Source of the DNA: Bacteroidota bacterium
GTDB lineage: Bacteria; Bacteroidota; Rhodothermia; Rhodothermales; UBA10348
Assembly (NCBI GenBank): GCA_029262835.1
Contig: JAJCYQ010000049.1
Location: 16,793-80,792 of the forward strand
DNA length: 64,000 nt
Direction: 5' to 3'
Below are positions 32,387 to 41,813 of this stretch, in pieces. The position numbers were made by a program, and so were the translations under genes. Within the stretch, counting starts at the first letter, position 1. Each line of letters opens with the position of its first letter. Below the pieces are notes generated by a model. The model ran no database searches. It was not told the DNA's origin and saw only the letters and a program-made list of their open reading frames with translations.

Positions 32387-33529
32387 CTACTCCCATCGTG
32401 TGGTCAGCGGGAGCCCGGCAGCCTGGACGTTGTCAAAAAACGTCTGCAGCGGGATGATCTGTTCTGGCGGGCACACACCCCCTCCTTTGACGGAGCCGGA
32501 TGCCAACTGCAGGGCAATCGTGGCCGCCGTGATGGACGTGCAGCGGCGAATGGCGGTCATGTTGCGGTCGCGATCAAACTGCTGGATCATTTCATAGACC
32601 AGCCTGGCATCGCGTCCCTCCTTGCGCCCTGAAACGAAAATTCTAAGCAATACGGCGTCTTCGTACTCCCCACCCAGGCGCTGTTTGAGCCGCCGGGTCA
32701 ATACGTCGCGATACGTCAGGTGGGACTGCACGTCTATGTTGCGCTGTTCGGCAAACCCCAGGGCGAGCAGGAACTGCATGTTCCTGGCATGCCCTGGCCA
32801 GCGGATGCTTTTGTGATCGATGTTCTCAAGGGTCGGTCCAGCGACGTCACAGATTGTCTTCAGCAGGCCTGCCGTGTGGAATGCTTCCATCTCACCGAAC
32901 GGCTCGCTGAATGAAATGTCTTCGACGTCAGTGAGTGGAGTCGTTGACACGCGCTCCCCATTCTCCATGTACTCTACGGGCAGCGTATAGTCGTCCACAA
33001 GTTTTTCGGCCGACCACGAAATCCGGAAATTGAATGGAGGCTCCGGTTCAAGGGGCACGTCACCGACCCTGAGGTGTGCCCGGACCGGTTTATCGAACTG
33101 CCGGATGGCATGCAGGCAGAGCATATTGGAGAGTCCGGGGTCGAGTCCACAGTTGGGTACCACCCACAGGCTTTTTTCAGTCGCCCTGGTGGCCAGCCTG
33201 TACTCCTGCTCCAGTACGGGAGCACTGCTTCCCAGATCACAGAAGTGACTGCCCGAAGTGAGGGCAATACGTGCAAGTTTCGGGTAGAGCGCGGGGTCTG
33301 TTGCGCCAATGACACAGTGGCTGTCCTCCAGGATGGAGGCCATGGTCCGGTCATCGCGGGCATCGACCTGGAAAGACCGCAGTTTGGGACTGTCGAGGTG
33401 CTCGTGAAGGCGTTGCAGGCTGCGGGTATGGGCATCGCAGACGCGGACGACCGATACGTCTTCGTGGTCTACGAGCTCCTGGGCAATGGCCGAGCCCATG
33501 TGCCCTGCACCGATGATGGAAATTTTCAT
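32387..33529 (-). CDS. saccharopine dehydrogenase family oxidoreductase (paralog 1)
   Basis: MKISIIGAGHMGSAIAQELV Rossmann start, plus NCGLDPGLSNM and HKSIRWPGHA. ATG 33529 is preferred over 33568. Confidence 0.8.
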   Translation of the reverse strand: MKISIIGAGHMGSAIAQELVDHEDVSVVRVCDAHTRSLQRLHEHLDSPKLRSFQVDARDDRTMASILEDSHCVIGATDPALYPKLARIALTSGSHFCDLGSSAPVLEQEYRLATRATEKSLWVVPNCGLDPGLSNMLCLHAIRQFDKPVRAHLRVGDVPLEPEPPFNFRISWSAEKLVDDYTLPVEYMENGERVSTTPLTDVEDISFSEPFGEMEAFHTAGLLKTICDVAGPTLENIDHKSIRWPGHARNMQFLLALGFAEQRNIDVQSHLTYRDVLTRRLKQRLGGEYEDAVLLRIFVSGRKEGRDARLVYEMIQQFDRDRNMTAIRRCTSITAATIALQLASGSVKGGGVCPPEQIIPLQTFFDNVQAAGLPLTTRWE

Positions 33530-33628
33530 GTCCTGCTGTCCTTCCGTATGAAATCGCAAGATACGCATTCGCCGAGCGCTACCTATATTCCGTCTGTACG
33601 AAAGCGATTGCTACAGGGGCAAACCATC

Positions 33629-34828
33629 ATGAATTCATATCGTGGAACCATCGGTATCCTGACGGGAGGCGGCGACGTTCCTGGTCTCAATCCGGCCATC
33701 AGGGCCATCACTATTCGGGCCATCCGGGAAGGATACCGCGTCATGGGTATTCGACGGGGCTGGGCGGGGCTTGTGGACTACATTCCAGATCCCGATGCGG
33801 ACAATTCAAACAACGTCCGGCTCCTGACGGAAGATGTGGTAAACCGGGCGGGACGAACAGGCGGTACGTTCCTGCACAGTTCGCGCACGCGTCCGAGCCA
33901 CCTCCCGCTGTCGATGGTGCCACCGCACCTGACAGACACGTACAAAGACGAGGTCAACGATATCACGCCAGACGTCCTGTCCAATCTGGAGCATATCGGA
34001 ATTGACGTACTCATTCCGATTGGTGGAGATGACACGCTCTCCTACGGCCATCGTCTGCACAAGGAGGGCGTCCGCGTGACGGCTATTCCAAAGACAATGG
34101 ACAATGATGTCCCAGGCACAGATTACTGCATTGGATTCGGCACGTGCGTGACGCGCACGATTGAAATGGCGCATACGCTGCGTACGTCCGCCGGGTCGCA
34201 TGAGCGGTTCCTGGTGATTGAAGTGTTTGGCCGATATGCAGGGTTTTCTGCGCTCCTGCCAGCCATGGCCGGGGCGTCGGATCGCTGCATTATTCCCGAG
34301 CATCCATTCGAGATGGATCAGCTCACTGAACTCATGTGCTATGACCGCTCCCGGCATCCCAGCAATTATTCGGTCGTGCTGGTATCCGAGGGCGCGACCA
34401 TGTCGGACCAGGCTGAAATGTCGTTCGAGAGTGAAGAGGCTGACCAGTATGGTCACCGTAAACTGGGTGGAATTGGCGACAAGGTGGCGTGGGCCCTCAA
34501 GGAGAACTCGCCGAAGTACAATGCCGGGCGGCGGGTGAATGTGGTCAGCCAACGGCTGGGATATCTGGTGCGATGCGGAGATCCCGATGCACTCGACTCC
34601 ATTGTGCCCATGGCTTTCGGGAATCTGGCCCTGGACCTCATACTCCGGGGTACATACGGTCGCCTTGTGAGCGTGCGCAACGGCACGTATGACAATGTGC
34701 CGCTTGATGTTGTCGTGGGAACGAAGAAGGTCGTGGACGTGGTGAAATATTACAACACCGAACGCCTTCGGCCATTTTACCACTCCTTCAACAAGCAGCC
34801 CATTTTCATCATGACGTCCGACATGTAG
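33629..34828 (+). CDS. 6-phosphofructokinase, sequence signature of the PPi-dependent type
   Basis: MNSYRGTIGILTGGGDVPGLN, IPIGGDDTLSYG and IPKTMDNDV. ATG 33629; the listed ORF from 33074 is a spurious 5' extension antisense to the neighbouring gene. Confidence 0.9.
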   Translation: MNSYRGTIGILTGGGDVPGLNPAIRAITIRAIREGYRVMGIRRGWAGLVDYIPDPDADNSNNVRLLTEDVVNRAGRTGGTFLHSSRTRPSHLPLSMVPPHLTDTYKDEVNDITPDVLSNLEHIGIDVLIPIGGDDTLSYGHRLHKEGVRVTAIPKTMDNDVPGTDYCIGFGTCVTRTIEMAHTLRTSAGSHERFLVIEVFGRYAGFSALLPAMAGASDRCIIPEHPFEMDQLTELMCYDRSRHPSNYSVVLVSEGATMSDQAEMSFESEEADQYGHRKLGGIGDKVAWALKENSPKYNAGRRVNVVSQRLGYLVRCGDPDALDSIVPMAFGNLALDLILRGTYGRLVSVRNGTYDNVPLDVVVGTKKVVDVVKYYNTERLRPFYHSFNKQPIFIMTSDM

Positions 34829-34854
34829 CACGTGGGCGCGGAGATTCCGGCTGG

Positions 34855-36510
34855 TCACCGAGCGCGCGACGTGACAATTGTCGCCAGCCCGATGAGAACC
34901 ATCAGGAAGACGCTGTAGGCGGCCGCTGCGCCGAAGTCATAAATGCGCAGCTGTGACAGGATTTCGACGGAAATGGGCCGGTTGTCGAAGACGTAGAGCA
35001 GGATGGAGGAGACGAACTCGCCGAGGGCGGTCACGAACGTAAGCAGTGTACCCGCCACGATGCCTGGCGCAATGACAGGCAGGACGACGCGGCGGAGTGT
35101 CATGGCCGTCCCGGCGCCAAGGTCCATCGAAGCATCTGTCAGGCGATCGTCGTACGATTCAAGAGCGGCTGTCGTGGAGCGGACTACGAGCGGAATATGG
35201 CGGATGAAATAGGCCAGCGGCAGCAGCCATACGGTGCCCGTGAGCGCCTGTCCGGCCGACAGCGGACCCGGCGTATCGAACGTGACAATCAGGTTGATGG
35301 CGATGACCGTGCCCGGGATGGCAAAAGGGAGGACGGCCAGCAGCCGGACCAGACCCCGCCCGGGCGTTGCGCCCTTGACAATGAAGAGGGCGGCGGTTAC
35401 GCCAAAAACGACGTTGGCCAGCGTGGCGAGCGTGGCCATCCGGAGTGAATTGCCGATTGGAGCGAAGACGTCGGGGTCGGCGAACAGGCCGGTATAGTTT
35501 TCTATCGTGTAGGCGGTTGGGAGCACCTGGTAGGTCCAACTGCCCTCCTTGACAAACGATACGAGTACGATGGTGAGTACCGGCAGGAGAAGGAAAAGCA
35601 GTACGCTGCAGGCCGTTACGACGGCAGCAGTCCGGGCCCAACCGGATATGACGGGGCGGGGAGGGGCCGGGGTACCCTTGCCTGTGGCTTTGCTCTTTCG
35701 GCGGCGATCCAGTTCAAGGCCGGCGAGAAACAAAAGGCCGATCAGCGTGAGCAGAACGGAGACGGCGGCCGACATCTCCAGGTCGCCGTTCATTTTGTAG
35801 TTGTAGATCTGCAGTGTCAGGAAGCGTTCGGTGCCGGCAAAAAGCAACGGGGCAGTGAACGAAGCCATGGAGATCATGAAGACGAGCAGCGAGGCACCGG
35901 TCATGGCCGGGCGCATGTGCGGCAGCACGACGCTGTGGAAAGAACGCCAGGCCCCGGCTCCCAGGTCTTCTGCGGCTTCCATCTGGCTGCGATCCAGCGT
36001 TTTGAGCGCCGCTGCGCCGAAGAGGTAGAAGAACACGTACATGGAGTAGACATGTACGAGCCAGACAGCCCAGAGGCCACCGAAGGAGAAGGGTACCTCC
36101 TCGAGTCCGAGGCCGGACTGGAGGGCACGCGGCAGCATACCGCTCTCGCCGTACAGGAAAAGGAACGCGAGCACGCCGACCAGGGGCGGCAAGGCAAGTG
36201 GCAGGGCGGCGACCGATGTGACCACTCTCCTGAGCGGGAAGTCGAACCGGTGCAGCAGCCAGGACAGCAGCGTACCGAGTATGCCCGCGCCAACTACCGT
36301 CCATAGTGATATCCAGACCGAGTTGAACAGGGCTTCGCCAGTTGCTCTTCCTGCCGGGCCCAACAGGCGCGCTACGTGCTCCGGGCGGAGGCCCGTGGTA
36401 AAGACCGAGACCGCCGGCCAGACCACATAGCCCAACAGGATGGCCAGCACGGCGCCTCCCATCAAGTAGTTTGTTCTCCGCGACAGTAGCATGCCTGGGA
36501 GGTTCGTCAC
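34855..36510 (-). CDS. ABC transporter permease, duplicated (FbpB/ThiP-like, iron(III)/thiamine type)
   Basis: 551 aa in two 6-TM halves, each with an EAA loop ([20 protein letters not shown] and [20 protein letters not shown]). GTG 36510 overlaps the recR stop (ATG 36492 is the alternative). Confidence 0.85.
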   Translation of the reverse strand: MTNLPGMLLSRRTNYLMGGAVLAILLGYVVWPAVSVFTTGLRPEHVARLLGPAGRATGEALFNSVWISLWTVVGAGILGTLLSWLLHRFDFPLRRVVTSVAALPLALPPLVGVLAFLFLYGESGMLPRALQSGLGLEEVPFSFGGLWAVWLVHVYSMYVFFYLFGAAALKTLDRSQMEAAEDLGAGAWRSFHSVVLPHMRPAMTGASLLVFMISMASFTAPLLFAGTERFLTLQIYNYKMNGDLEMSAAVSVLLTLIGLLFLAGLELDRRRKSKATGKGTPAPPRPVISGWARTAAVVTACSVLLFLLLPVLTIVLVSFVKEGSWTYQVLPTAYTIENYTGLFADPDVFAPIGNSLRMATLATLANVVFGVTAALFIVKGATPGRGLVRLLAVLPFAIPGTVIAINLIVTFDTPGPLSAGQALTGTVWLLPLAYFIRHIPLVVRSTTAALESYDDRLTDASMDLGAGTAMTLRRVVLPVIAPGIVAGTLLTFVTALGEFVSSILLYVFDNRPISVEILSQLRIYDFGAAAAYSVFLMVLIGLATIVTSRAR

Positions 36511-37118
36511 GCGGACACGCGCCCTTCCAGGGCACGGGCCAGCGTAGCTTCATCGGTATACTCGAGGTCACCGCCCATGGGAATACCCCGCGCCAGGCGG
36601 GACACGTTCACGCCGAGCGGAGCCAGCAGTTTGGAGACATAGAACGCCGTCGTGTCACCCTCTACATTGGGGTTAACCGCCAGAATGACCTCACTGACCG
36701 GCCATTCAGCATCCGGCTCTGACACGCGGGCCACGAGCTCGCGGATACGGAGGTCTTCCGGGCCTATGCCGTCGAGCGGCGAAATTACGCCTCCCAGTAC
36801 GTGGTACACACCGTCAAATCCATCCGTGCGCTCAAGCGCCATGACATCGTTGGGCTCTTCGACCACGCAGATCACCGACCGGTTGCGCCTTGAGGACGCG
36901 CAGATGGGACAGACTTCGTGGTCGGTGACGTTGAAGCAGACCGTGCAGAAGCGGACGCGTTCCTTGACAGCCACGAGGGCCCGCGCGAGTTCCTCCACCT
37001 CTGTCTTCGGCATTTTGAGGACGAAGGAGGCGAGCCGCCGAGCGGTTTTCCTTCCTATGGATGGCAGTTTGGAGAACTGCTCCACGAGGTCTTCGACCGA
37101 TTCCGACGTGAACTGCAT
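36507..37118 (-). CDS. recR: recombination protein RecR
   Basis: 203 aa with [13 protein letters not shown] (HhH), [16 protein letters not shown] (zinc finger) and a Toprim region. Confidence 0.95.
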   Translation of the reverse strand: MQFTSESVEDLVEQFSKLPSIGRKTARRLASFVLKMPKTEVEELARALVAVKERVRFCTVCFNVTDHEVCPICASSRRNRSVICVVEEPNDVMALERTDGFDGVYHVLGGVISPLDGIGPEDLRIRELVARVSEPDAEWPVSEVILAVNPNVEGDTTAFYVSKLLAPLGVNVSRLARGIPMGGDLEYTDEATLARALEGRVSA

Positions 37119-37456
37119 CAGAGTCCAAGTTTGGAAAGGTCCATGCCGGGAGGCATCATGCCACCTGTGATTTTGGACATCTCTGTTTTGGCCAGCTGCG
37201 CCGCTTCTTCAAGCGCCTTGTTGACACCAGCGATGATCAGATCCTCGAGCATTTCGGGGTCTTCCGGATCGATTACATCCTTCTCGATCTTGATGGCCGT
37301 AATGCGCTGCTGGCCGTTGGCGGTTACCTGCACCATGCCCCCGCCTGCCTCCGCAATCACCGTTTTGGATGCCAGAAGCTCCTGCATTTCGGACATTTTG
37401 CGTTGCATGTCCATCACTTTGCCGAACATGTCGGCCATGTTCATATTCTGATTCAT
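37118..37456 (-). CDS. ybaB: YbaB/EbfC family nucleoid-associated protein
   Basis: [55 protein letters not shown] 37456 lies after the dnaX stop. Its stop overlaps the recR ATG (TGATG). Confidence 0.9.
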   Translation of the reverse strand: MNQNMNMADMFGKVMDMQRKMSEMQELLASKTVIAEAGGGMVQVTANGQQRITAIKIEKDVIDPEDPEMLEDLIIAGVNKALEEAAQLAKTEMSKITGGMMPPGMDLSKLGL

Positions 37457-37463
37457 GGATCTG

Positions 37464-39476
37464 TTACCAGGTAGGTTCGCCGTTGAAACGTTCAATGAGT
37501 GCGCGCACGGCAGGATTTTCGTTGGATTTCTGCTCGAGGAAGGCCCGGTCATCCAGGTCATCCTCATGGCTGGAGGTGTCATTCTCCGCTTCTACGCGAA
37601 CATCGAATCGAATGGTATCGATATGGATGCCGGAAAGTTCGCCGAGTCGATGAGCCAGCTTGGAGCGTTCGGCCGACAGTGTCCGGGCGTGAAAGTCATC
37701 GGGCACGGCCAGTGTGACCGTCCGAGATGAAAATGTGGATATCGTACTGTGGGAGAGTAGCGAGCCAATCTGCTTGCGCGTTTCCATGATGTCGGCCGTG
37801 AGGCGCGTCCACGCTTCCTCAAGGATAGCCAATTCGGTTGTTGAAGGCTTGTCAGGATCGAGTACGGCGACGTCGGACGCGGTCTGGCTGCCTGGGGTCT
37901 CGCCAGATTGTGCTTCGCCGCGCGGCTCATCGGGTCGGGCGCGGCGCTCGATGGCAGGCGTGATGTGCAGCCCTGGCGGCGGCGGTGTGCTGCGCGTCGG
38001 TGCACTGTCGCTCCGGTCCGCGGTGCCGCCGGTTTGGGTGCCAGCCGTCTGGGGCGGGGCCTTCGGGGTTGGCTGCGCGGCCGGGGCCGGCTTTGGAGCC
38101 TCGGTGGGTGCTGGGGCCTGCGCCGGTTGAGCAGCGGGGGCCGGCTTTGGAGCTACCGCTGGGGCGGGACGTTGAATTTCCTGGGGCCTTGCGCCCTGCG
38201 CCGTTTCCGGGGCGGGCGTGCTGGGAGTCGACGGGGTAGCCGGAGTTGACGGGGCGCCCGGAGCCTCTACAGTCAGGTGGATTCCTTCCCTGTCGGCCTT
38301 CTGTTCGAGCCGTTTCACGATGTCCAACATGGACTTCAGATCGACGGCGCTCGGGACGGATGCCATGCGCAGCAGCGCCATTTCCAGGCGCAGGCGGGGC
38401 TGACGGGCCATGCGCATGGTATCGGCCGTTTCGCCGGCAATATGAATGAGGGCCATCAGGGTTGATTCAGAGAACCCACTGGCGTGCTCGGCGGTGCGTT
38501 TTTTCATGGAGGTCGATGCATCGACCAGTGAAAGATCCTTGACCGTGATGGCGACGAGCAGGTTTCGGAGGTGCTCCGAGAGGCCATCCACAAATTCCTG
38601 GATGTCGTAGCCGGCACGAACAACGGCGTGCACGAGTTGAATCATGGCGGCGCCGTCGCCGTCACGTACGGCCTGCGTTGCCCGGAAGTAGAGTTCGTCG
38701 TCCACGACGCCGAGGGCCGAGCGGAGCGTATCGTAGGTGATGGTTGTGCCACAGAGCGAAACTGCCTGGTCGAAGACAGATAGGGCATCGCGCATGGCGC
38801 CATCTCCTTTTCGGGCGATGAGTACGAGCGATGCTTCGTCGATCTCGATCTGTTCCTCCGCACAGATCTGTTTGAGCTGGGTTACAATTTCAGTGACCGC
38901 GATGCGGCGGAAATCGAAGCGTTGGCAACGCGATTGGATGGTGGGCAGGACCTTGTGCGGCTCGGTCGTCGCGAAGATGAACAGGGCGTGGGGTGGGGGC
39001 TCCTCGAGCGTCTTGAGCAGCGCATTGAATGCTGCATTGGAGAGCATGTGCACCTCATCGATGATGTACACCTTCATGCGGCTGCCCTGCGGCGGGACGC
39101 GGACGGTTTCGCGCAATTCCCGCATGTCCTCGACCTTGTTGTTGGACGCGGCATCGATCTCGATGATATTCAGGTTGCGCCCCTGCTCGAAGGAGCGGCA
39201 GGAGTCGCACGTACGGCAGGGCTCGGCGGCATCGATTCGCTCGGCGGCCGGAGCCTGGCAGTTTATGGCCTTGGCCAGAATGCGTGCAGCCGTGGTTTTT
39301 CCGACGCCACGCGGTCCTGTGAACAGATAGGCGTGAGCGAGACGGTCCAGGCGAATGGCATTCTTGAGCGTGCCACTGATGTGCTCCTGGGCCACGACCT
39401 CATTGAAGGTCTGTGGTCGGTACTTGCGGGCGGTAACGAGGTACGGGGAGGGCGTCATGGCATACGGGTGTGGCAT
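37464..39476 (-). CDS. dnaX: DNA polymerase III subunit gamma/tau
   Basis: RKYRPQTF, GPRGVGKTT, zinc module CRTCDSCRSF, IIDEVHML and SRCQRF motifs, with a Pro/Ala-rich tau linker. The start is ATG 39476 or 39458. Confidence 0.93.
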   Translation of the reverse strand: MPHPYAMTPSPYLVTARKYRPQTFNEVVAQEHISGTLKNAIRLDRLAHAYLFTGPRGVGKTTAARILAKAINCQAPAAERIDAAEPCRTCDSCRSFEQGRNLNIIEIDAASNNKVEDMRELRETVRVPPQGSRMKVYIIDEVHMLSNAAFNALLKTLEEPPPHALFIFATTEPHKVLPTIQSRCQRFDFRRIAVTEIVTQLKQICAEEQIEIDEASLVLIARKGDGAMRDALSVFDQAVSLCGTTITYDTLRSALGVVDDELYFRATQAVRDGDGAAMIQLVHAVVRAGYDIQEFVDGLSEHLRNLLVAITVKDLSLVDASTSMKKRTAEHASGFSESTLMALIHIAGETADTMRMARQPRLRLEMALLRMASVPSAVDLKSMLDIVKRLEQKADREGIHLTVEAPGAPSTPATPSTPSTPAPETAQGARPQEIQRPAPAVAPKPAPAAQPAQAPAPTEAPKPAPAAQPTPKAPPQTAGTQTGGTADRSDSAPTRSTPPPPGLHITPAIERRARPDEPRGEAQSGETPGSQTASDVAVLDPDKPSTTELAILEEAWTRLTADIMETRKQIGSLLSHSTISTFSSRTVTLAVPDDFHARTLSAERSKLAHRLGELSGIHIDTIRFDVRVEAENDTSSHEDDLDDRAFLEQKSNENPAVRALIERFNGEPTW
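38083..38153. repeat. 17-bp direct repeat GGGGCCGGCTTTGGAGC (38083-38099 and 38137-38153), period 54 nt, in the dnaX tau linker
   Basis: Read from the sequence. It encodes the duplicated APKPAPAAQP peptide. Confidence 0.85.
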
Positions 39477-39524
39477 CCGGTCGGGAGAGTGGTATTCCCT
39501 CCTCCCGCTGAGGATCCTCGCGGT

Positions 39525-39830
39525 TCACGCGGCAGGCAGGAGGGCCTGTACGATATGGACTACGAGGCGTCGACGCAATGCGTCGAGGCGTGCGTGGGCC
39601 AGTCCGGTTTCACGGAGTGTCTCAACGCGCAGGACATCGAGGCGGGACCGGGCGAGCCATTCCAGTTCGGCGGCGGAGAGATGTCCTGTGGCAACCTGGG
39701 CGCTCCAGTGGTCAAGGTCCTCTCGGGCGGCTGACAGCAGGTGTCGTGCGGCTTTCAGGGAGGCACCAGCCAGGTCAGGGAGCTCGGCTTTCAGGGATGC
39801 GAGAATGGTATCGATAAGTGGCTCAGACAT
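39525..39830 (-). CDS. hypothetical helical protein
   Basis: 101 aa, rich in Leu/Ala/Arg. It overlaps the upstream ORF by 8 nt and ends 48 bp upstream of dnaX. No family recognised. Confidence 0.45.
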   Translation of the reverse strand: MSEPLIDTILASLKAELPDLAGASLKAARHLLSAAREDLDHWSAQVATGHLSAAELEWLARSRLDVLRVETLRETGLAHARLDALRRRLVVHIVQALLPAA

Positions 39831-40338
39831 CAGATGGCTTCAGTTTGCCGCTCTCAAGGCCAATAATGGCATCGAAGGCGAGTGAGATGAGTCGCTGTGA
39901 TTCGGATATGAAGACAGGCCCGAGGGTGCCTTCCTGCTCCCAGCGTGACAGGAAACCTCCCAGCAGGTGGCCGTCCGGGTCGCGCATGAGTTCCCATTGG
40001 CGCGACGAGTGCTCGTTTCGGGGGCGTCCCTTCGCGAATTCCCACGCCCGATCAAGATCCCGGCGCAGGGCAGTGATTTTGCGCTCCTGTTCAGCGGCAG
40101 GTTCTTCGGCCTGCTCCATGAGGCGCAGCGCATCGACCTTCATGTCGACGGCTTTTTCGAAGGCGACCGGACTGTAGGGCGCAATGGATGGCGCGCAGCC
40201 GGCGGCAAGTCCGGCCATCAACAGGACGAGCGTTCCCCGCAGGGTGCGTTGCGGTTTCAGCGAGGGCTTTCGCCCGGGCGAGGGCTTTCGCCTGGCTCTG
40301 GGCGGCGAATCGGAATGAGGACAGGGACAGTAGGGCAT
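39823..40338 (-). CDS. hypothetical lipoprotein
   Basis: Lipobox LLMAGLAAGC. ATG 40338 is given here; the listed start at 40392 is a TTG. The N-terminal region contains an 18-bp tandem repeat (40261-40296) encoding RKPSPG/RKPSLK. Confidence 0.5.
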   Translation of the reverse strand: MPYCPCPHSDSPPRARRKPSPGRKPSLKPQRTLRGTLVLLMAGLAAGCAPSIAPYSPVAFEKAVDMKVDALRLMEQAEEPAAEQERKITALRRDLDRAWEFAKGRPRNEHSSRQWELMRDPDGHLLGGFLSRWEQEGTLGPVFISESQRLISLAFDAIIGLESGKLKPSDV

Positions 40339-40422
40339 GCGTTTTTCCGGTGGGTCGTAGATTGCTGTCAGTTGAAAGGCCGCGTTCTTCAACTGCCTTC
40401 CATACCTGTAAACGTAAAAACC

Positions 40423-41541
40423 GTGGACATCGCGCCATCATTCCGGAAAATCATCCATATTGACATGGATGCATTCTTCGCGTCGGTCGAGCAGCGGGAC
40501 TCGGAGGAACTCCGGGGACGACCTGTAGCGGTGGGCGGGTCGTCGCGGCGTGGGGTGGTGGCGGCGGCGTCCTACGAAGCCCGCGCCTATGGCGTGCACT
40601 CCGCCATGCCGTCCGTGACGGCGGCAAGGCGGTGCCCGGGACTGGTATTCGTGCGGCCCCGCTTCGACGTCTACCGCGAAGAGTCGCAGCGTATCCGTCG
40701 GATTTTCAGAGAGTATACCCCACTCGTGGAGCCGCTGTCCCTTGATGAAGCCTATCTTGATGTGACCCATCCGCTTACGGGGCCACCATCGGCTACCATT
40801 CTGGCCCGGATAATCCGGCGGAGGATCGTCGACGAGACCGGCTTGACCGCGTCGGCTGGTGTCAGCTTCAACAAGTTTCTGGCCAAGACCGGCTCCGGAT
40901 GGCAGAAACCAGACGGGCAGACGCTGATTACGCCGGCCGATGCGGCTACGTTCATCGCGGCGCTACCGGTTGCCAAGTTCCATGGCGTGGGCCCTGTCAC
41001 GGCGGCTCGCATGGAGAGTATGGGTATCCGGACGGGTGCCGACCTGCGCGACCGCAGTGAGGACGACATGGTAATGGTATTCGGAAAAGCGGGCCGGTAC
41101 TACTGGCGCATGGCGCATGGCCAGGACGACCGTCCGGTCCGACCCCATCGGGAACGAAAGTCCGTGGGCGCCGAGCGGACGTTTCCCGATGATCTGGAGG
41201 GTATGGATACGCTGCGGGACCGTCTGGCAGATATTGCCGAAGTTGTCGCGCGGCGCCTGGCCGACGCGGCCTTTGTTGGCCACACGGTGACGCTCAAGAT
41301 CCGCTATCATGACTTTGAGCAGTCCACCCGGCAGACCACGACGGACCGATGCATTTCGGAGCCTGCCGACCTCTATGAAACAGCCGCATTGCTACTTGAG
41401 CACGGCGGCCCCCCGCCTGAGAAGCCCATTCGTCTTCTCGGAATAACGTTGTCGGGTCTGCGCCGCGTGGGTGAGGAGGGTGTGCCATCGCAACTGACCA
41501 TGGATTTCAGGCACGCTTGTAGAAGCGTGTTGAATAAGTAG
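40423..41541 (+). CDS. dinB: DNA polymerase IV
   Basis: FRKIIHIDMDAFFASVEQ, SYEARAYGV, SLDEAYLDVT, NKFLAKTGS and HGVGPVTA motifs. GTG 40423; the upstream part of the listed ORF is antisense to the lipoprotein gene. Confidence 0.9.
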   Translation: MDIAPSFRKIIHIDMDAFFASVEQRDSEELRGRPVAVGGSSRRGVVAAASYEARAYGVHSAMPSVTAARRCPGLVFVRPRFDVYREESQRIRRIFREYTPLVEPLSLDEAYLDVTHPLTGPPSATILARIIRRRIVDETGLTASAGVSFNKFLAKTGSGWQKPDGQTLITPADAATFIAALPVAKFHGVGPVTAARMESMGIRTGADLRDRSEDDMVMVFGKAGRYYWRMAHGQDDRPVRPHRERKSVGAERTFPDDLEGMDTLRDRLADIAEVVARRLADAAFVGHTVTLKIRYHDFEQSTRQTTTDRCISEPADLYETAALLLEHGGPPPEKPIRLLGITLSGLRRVGEEGVPSQLTMDFRHACRSVLNK

Positions 41542-41552
41542 AGGGCCTCTCG
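41520..41552. repeat. left arm of a 33-bp inverted repeat
   Basis: TAGAAGCGTGTTGAATAAGTAGAGGGCCTCTCG. It is complementary to 41781-41813 at 31 of 33 positions, checked base by base. Confidence 0.95.
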
Positions 41553-41780
41553 AACGAGGGTCTTACGAGGTGTAGATAAGGAAGGGCGACGACGCGATGC
41601 CATAGCATCGTGGAGGATGCCATGACGCAGTATGCGCCCGTAACCCCCTCGTTCCCTTCGGGTTCGGGCGGCATGACAACATCTCCTGCGTTCTCCCTCC
41701 TATGCGTAGCTATGGCTATGCAGATGTCGGGACGCCTGGAAGAGGCCGGGTACCCGGCCGTGTTGTCATGCCGCTCCGAA

Positions 41781-41813
41781 CGAGAGGTCCTCTACTTGTT
41801 CAACACGCTTCTA
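41781..41813. repeat. right arm of a 33-bp inverted repeat
   Basis: CGAGAGGTCCTCTACTTGTTCAACACGCTTCTA. The mismatches to the left arm are at 41788 and 41798. Confidence 0.95.

Larger units (their letters stand above)
41520..41813. mobile_element. 294-bp inverted-repeat-bounded element (candidate MITE or structured RNA)
   Basis: Terminal inverted repeats, TA at both outer ends, no coding capacity, and a nested internal complementarity. No transposase in the window, so the class is unproven. Confidence 0.35.

Noticed and set aside
33806-34858. 350-aa ORF antisense to the phosphofructokinase gene
   Set aside because: No domain features, and the sense strand is clearly PFK.
38499-38504. A6 tract (ATG AAA AAA CGC) in dnaX as a possible gamma-subunit frameshift or slippage site
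   Set aside because: It is not an A AAA AAG-type heptamer. Both alternative frames do stop within 10-14 codons, but the site falls at about residue 325, inside domain III. A truncated product there would lack the oligomerisation region, so a programmed event is unlikely.
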